A DNA stretch of 35,562 nucleotides from an uncultured Oscillospiraceae bacterium (lineage in GTDB: Bacteria > Bacillota > Clostridia > Christensenellales > CAG-138): contig CAZZNN010000002.1 in assembly GCA_964655605.1 (NCBI GenBank), forward strand, positions 1,172 to 36,733, written 5' to 3'. Both the position numbers and the translations under genes were made by a program. This document shows, one piece after another, positions 34,362-35,562 of this stretch. Below the pieces are notes generated by a model. It saw nothing but the letters and a program-made list of their open reading frames with translations. It was not told where the DNA came from and made no database searches. The first letter of the stretch is position 1; each line of letters starts with the position of its first letter.

Positions 34362-35562
34362 TCACGCTGTGAATAGCCTTGCGAGCGCGGTAAAGACGAC
34401 GCACAGTAAAACGCCTGTCACCGTTGGTATGGCGGCGGCAAGCGCCGTCCATTTCAAGCTTCCGGTTTCCTTTTTTATAGTAAGCAACGTTGTGGAGCAC
34501 GGCCAATGATTCAATGAGAAAAGGATCATGCTCACTGCGGTTACCCACGTCCAGCCATTTTCAACGAAAAGCGCCTTCATTTGCGACAGGTTGTCAATAT
34601 CCAATAAGCTGCCCTGAGCCATATACGCCATTATAATTATTGGGACGACTATCTCGTTTGCGGGAAAACCAAGAATGAAAGCTATGAGTATTACGCCGTC
34701 AAGCCCCATAAGTCTTGCAAACGGGTCGAGGAGAGCGGCGCAATGGCCAAGCAGGCTTACCTCGTCAATATAAACATTTGCCATAAGCCATATCGCAAGT
34801 CCGGCCGGCGCCGCAAGAACGGCCGCACGGCCGAGCACGAATAAAGTCCTGTCGAATATCGAACGAAGCAGCACCTTGCCTATCTGCGGCTTTCTATACG
34901 GCGGCAGCTCAAGCGTAAAGGACGAGGGCATACCCTTAAGTATTGTTTTTGAAAGCAACTTTGTCACGCAAAACGTCAAAAACACTCCGAGTATGATAAC
35001 CAGCGTCAAGAGCAGCGCCGAATACAGCGAGGCAAACGCGTCGCCCGCAGCGCCTGCAAAAAACATTGTGAGTATAGCGATAAGCGTTGGAAAACGGCCA
35101 TTGCACGGCACAAAATTATTTGTGAGAATAGCAAGCAGGCGCTCGCGCGGTGAATCGATTATTCGGCAGCCAACTATGCCGGCGGCGTTGCAGCCAAAGC
35201 CCATGCACATGCACAGCGCCTGCTTGCCGCAGGCGTGGCAGCGTTTGAACGGCTTATCCAGATTGTATGCTACGCGGGGCAAGTAGCCCGCGTCTTCAAG
35301 CAGTGTAAACAGCGGGAAGAATATTGCCATTGGCGGAAGCATAACCGATACCACCCATGCGAGCACTCTATATATGCCAAGCACGAGCGCGTCGTGCAGC
35401 CAAGTGGGCGCGTTTAAATATATAAAGAGCTCCGTCAGCCTGTCTTGCAGCCAAAACAGTCCGTCCGCAATGAGCTGCGACGGATAATTCGCGGCAGTGA
35501 TGGTGAGCCAAAAAACAAGTGCTAGCAGCGCTATCATCACCGGATAACCTGTGAGCTTGCTA
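34362..35562 (-). CDS. feoB: Ferrous iron transporter FeoB, C-terminal membrane (gate) domain. The gene continues past the window end.
   Basis: LPPMAIFFPLFTLLEDAGYLPRVAYNLDKPFKRCHACGKQAL...SPRERLLAILTNNFVPCNGRFPT is typical of the FeoB membrane domain. The frame stays open upstream of the track's Met to position 35562 (…SKLTGYPVMMIALL), so the G-domain lies outside the window. Confidence 0.85.
   Translation of the reverse strand, partial: SKLTGYPVMIALLALVFWLTITAANYPSQLIADGLFWLQDRLTELFIYLNAPTWLHDALVLGIYRVLAWVVSVMLPPMAIFFPLFTLLEDAGYLPRVAYNLDKPFKRCHACGKQALCMCMGFGCNAAGIVGCRIIDSPRERLLAILTNNFVPCNGRFPTLIAILTMFFAGAAGDAFASLYSALLLTLVIILGVFLTFCVTKLLSKTILKGMPSSFTLELPPYRKPQIGKVLLRSIFDRTLFVLGRAAVLAAPAGLAIWLMANVYIDEVSLLGHCAALLDPFARLMGLDGVILIAFILGFPANEIVVPIIIMAYMAQGSLLDIDNLSQMKALFVENGWTWVTAVSMILFSLNHWPCSTTLLTIKKETGSLKWTALAAAIPTVTGVLLCVVFTALARLFTA

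Noticed and set aside
1-35562. CRISPR arrays, tandem or long dispersed repeats, IS elements, retrons or reverse transcriptases, and toxin-antitoxin or restriction-modification genes
   Set aside because: I saw no repeat-spacer periodicity, no transposase, integrase or RT motifs, and no small paired ORFs of toxin-antitoxin type while reading both strands. A computational repeat search would be needed to exclude short dispersed repeats.

Overview
The window looks like chromosomal DNA from a spore-forming Firmicute, probably Clostridia. The basis is a GerA-family germinant receptor operon, cdaA-cdaR, clpC, many lipoproteins and GGAGG-type ribosome-binding sites. It is densely coding, with most genes on the minus strand. 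Translational coupling is frequent: ATGA overlaps at 2811-2814, 7380-7383 and 24279-24282, and a TGATG overlap at 22039-22043.

Gene content from left to right:
- 1-10.2 kb: a sugar-utilisation locus. It holds two Lpl-type ABC permeases, a phosphohexomutase, a GH94 disaccharide phosphorylase, a YesN-like response regulator, a solute-binding protein, a PIG-L/LmbE deacetylase and a YesM-like histidine kinase.
- About 10.24 kb: a 5'-truncated CE4 deacetylase remnant bounds this locus.
- 10.6-14.9 kb: lipoproteins, a FabG-like SDR, an ACP-like protein lacking the carrier serine, and a membrane-anchored ComEC-type MBL protein.
- 14.9-21.5 kb: a tightly packed cdaA-cdaR-flavoprotein-lipoprotein-beta-propeller operon.
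- 21.7-25.9 kb: a DUF3006 gene and gerAA-AB-AC, plus a 46-codon two-TM ORF coupled to gerAC that is absent from the ORF track.
- 26-35.6 kb: a 60-aa ORF, a lipoprotein, clpC, one tRNA-Asn with its own promoter and terminator, an MBL hydrolase, a lipoprotein-MBOAT-DHHW O-acylation cluster, and a partial feoB.

I found no CRISPR array, transposase, integrase, phage module or recognisable defence or toxin-antitoxin system. The most unusual items are the composition of the cdaA operon, the serine-less ACP homologue, the phosphorylase/CE14 locus with a split two-component system, and the small ORF downstream of gerAC. All family assignments come from motif recognition by eye; no searches were run.
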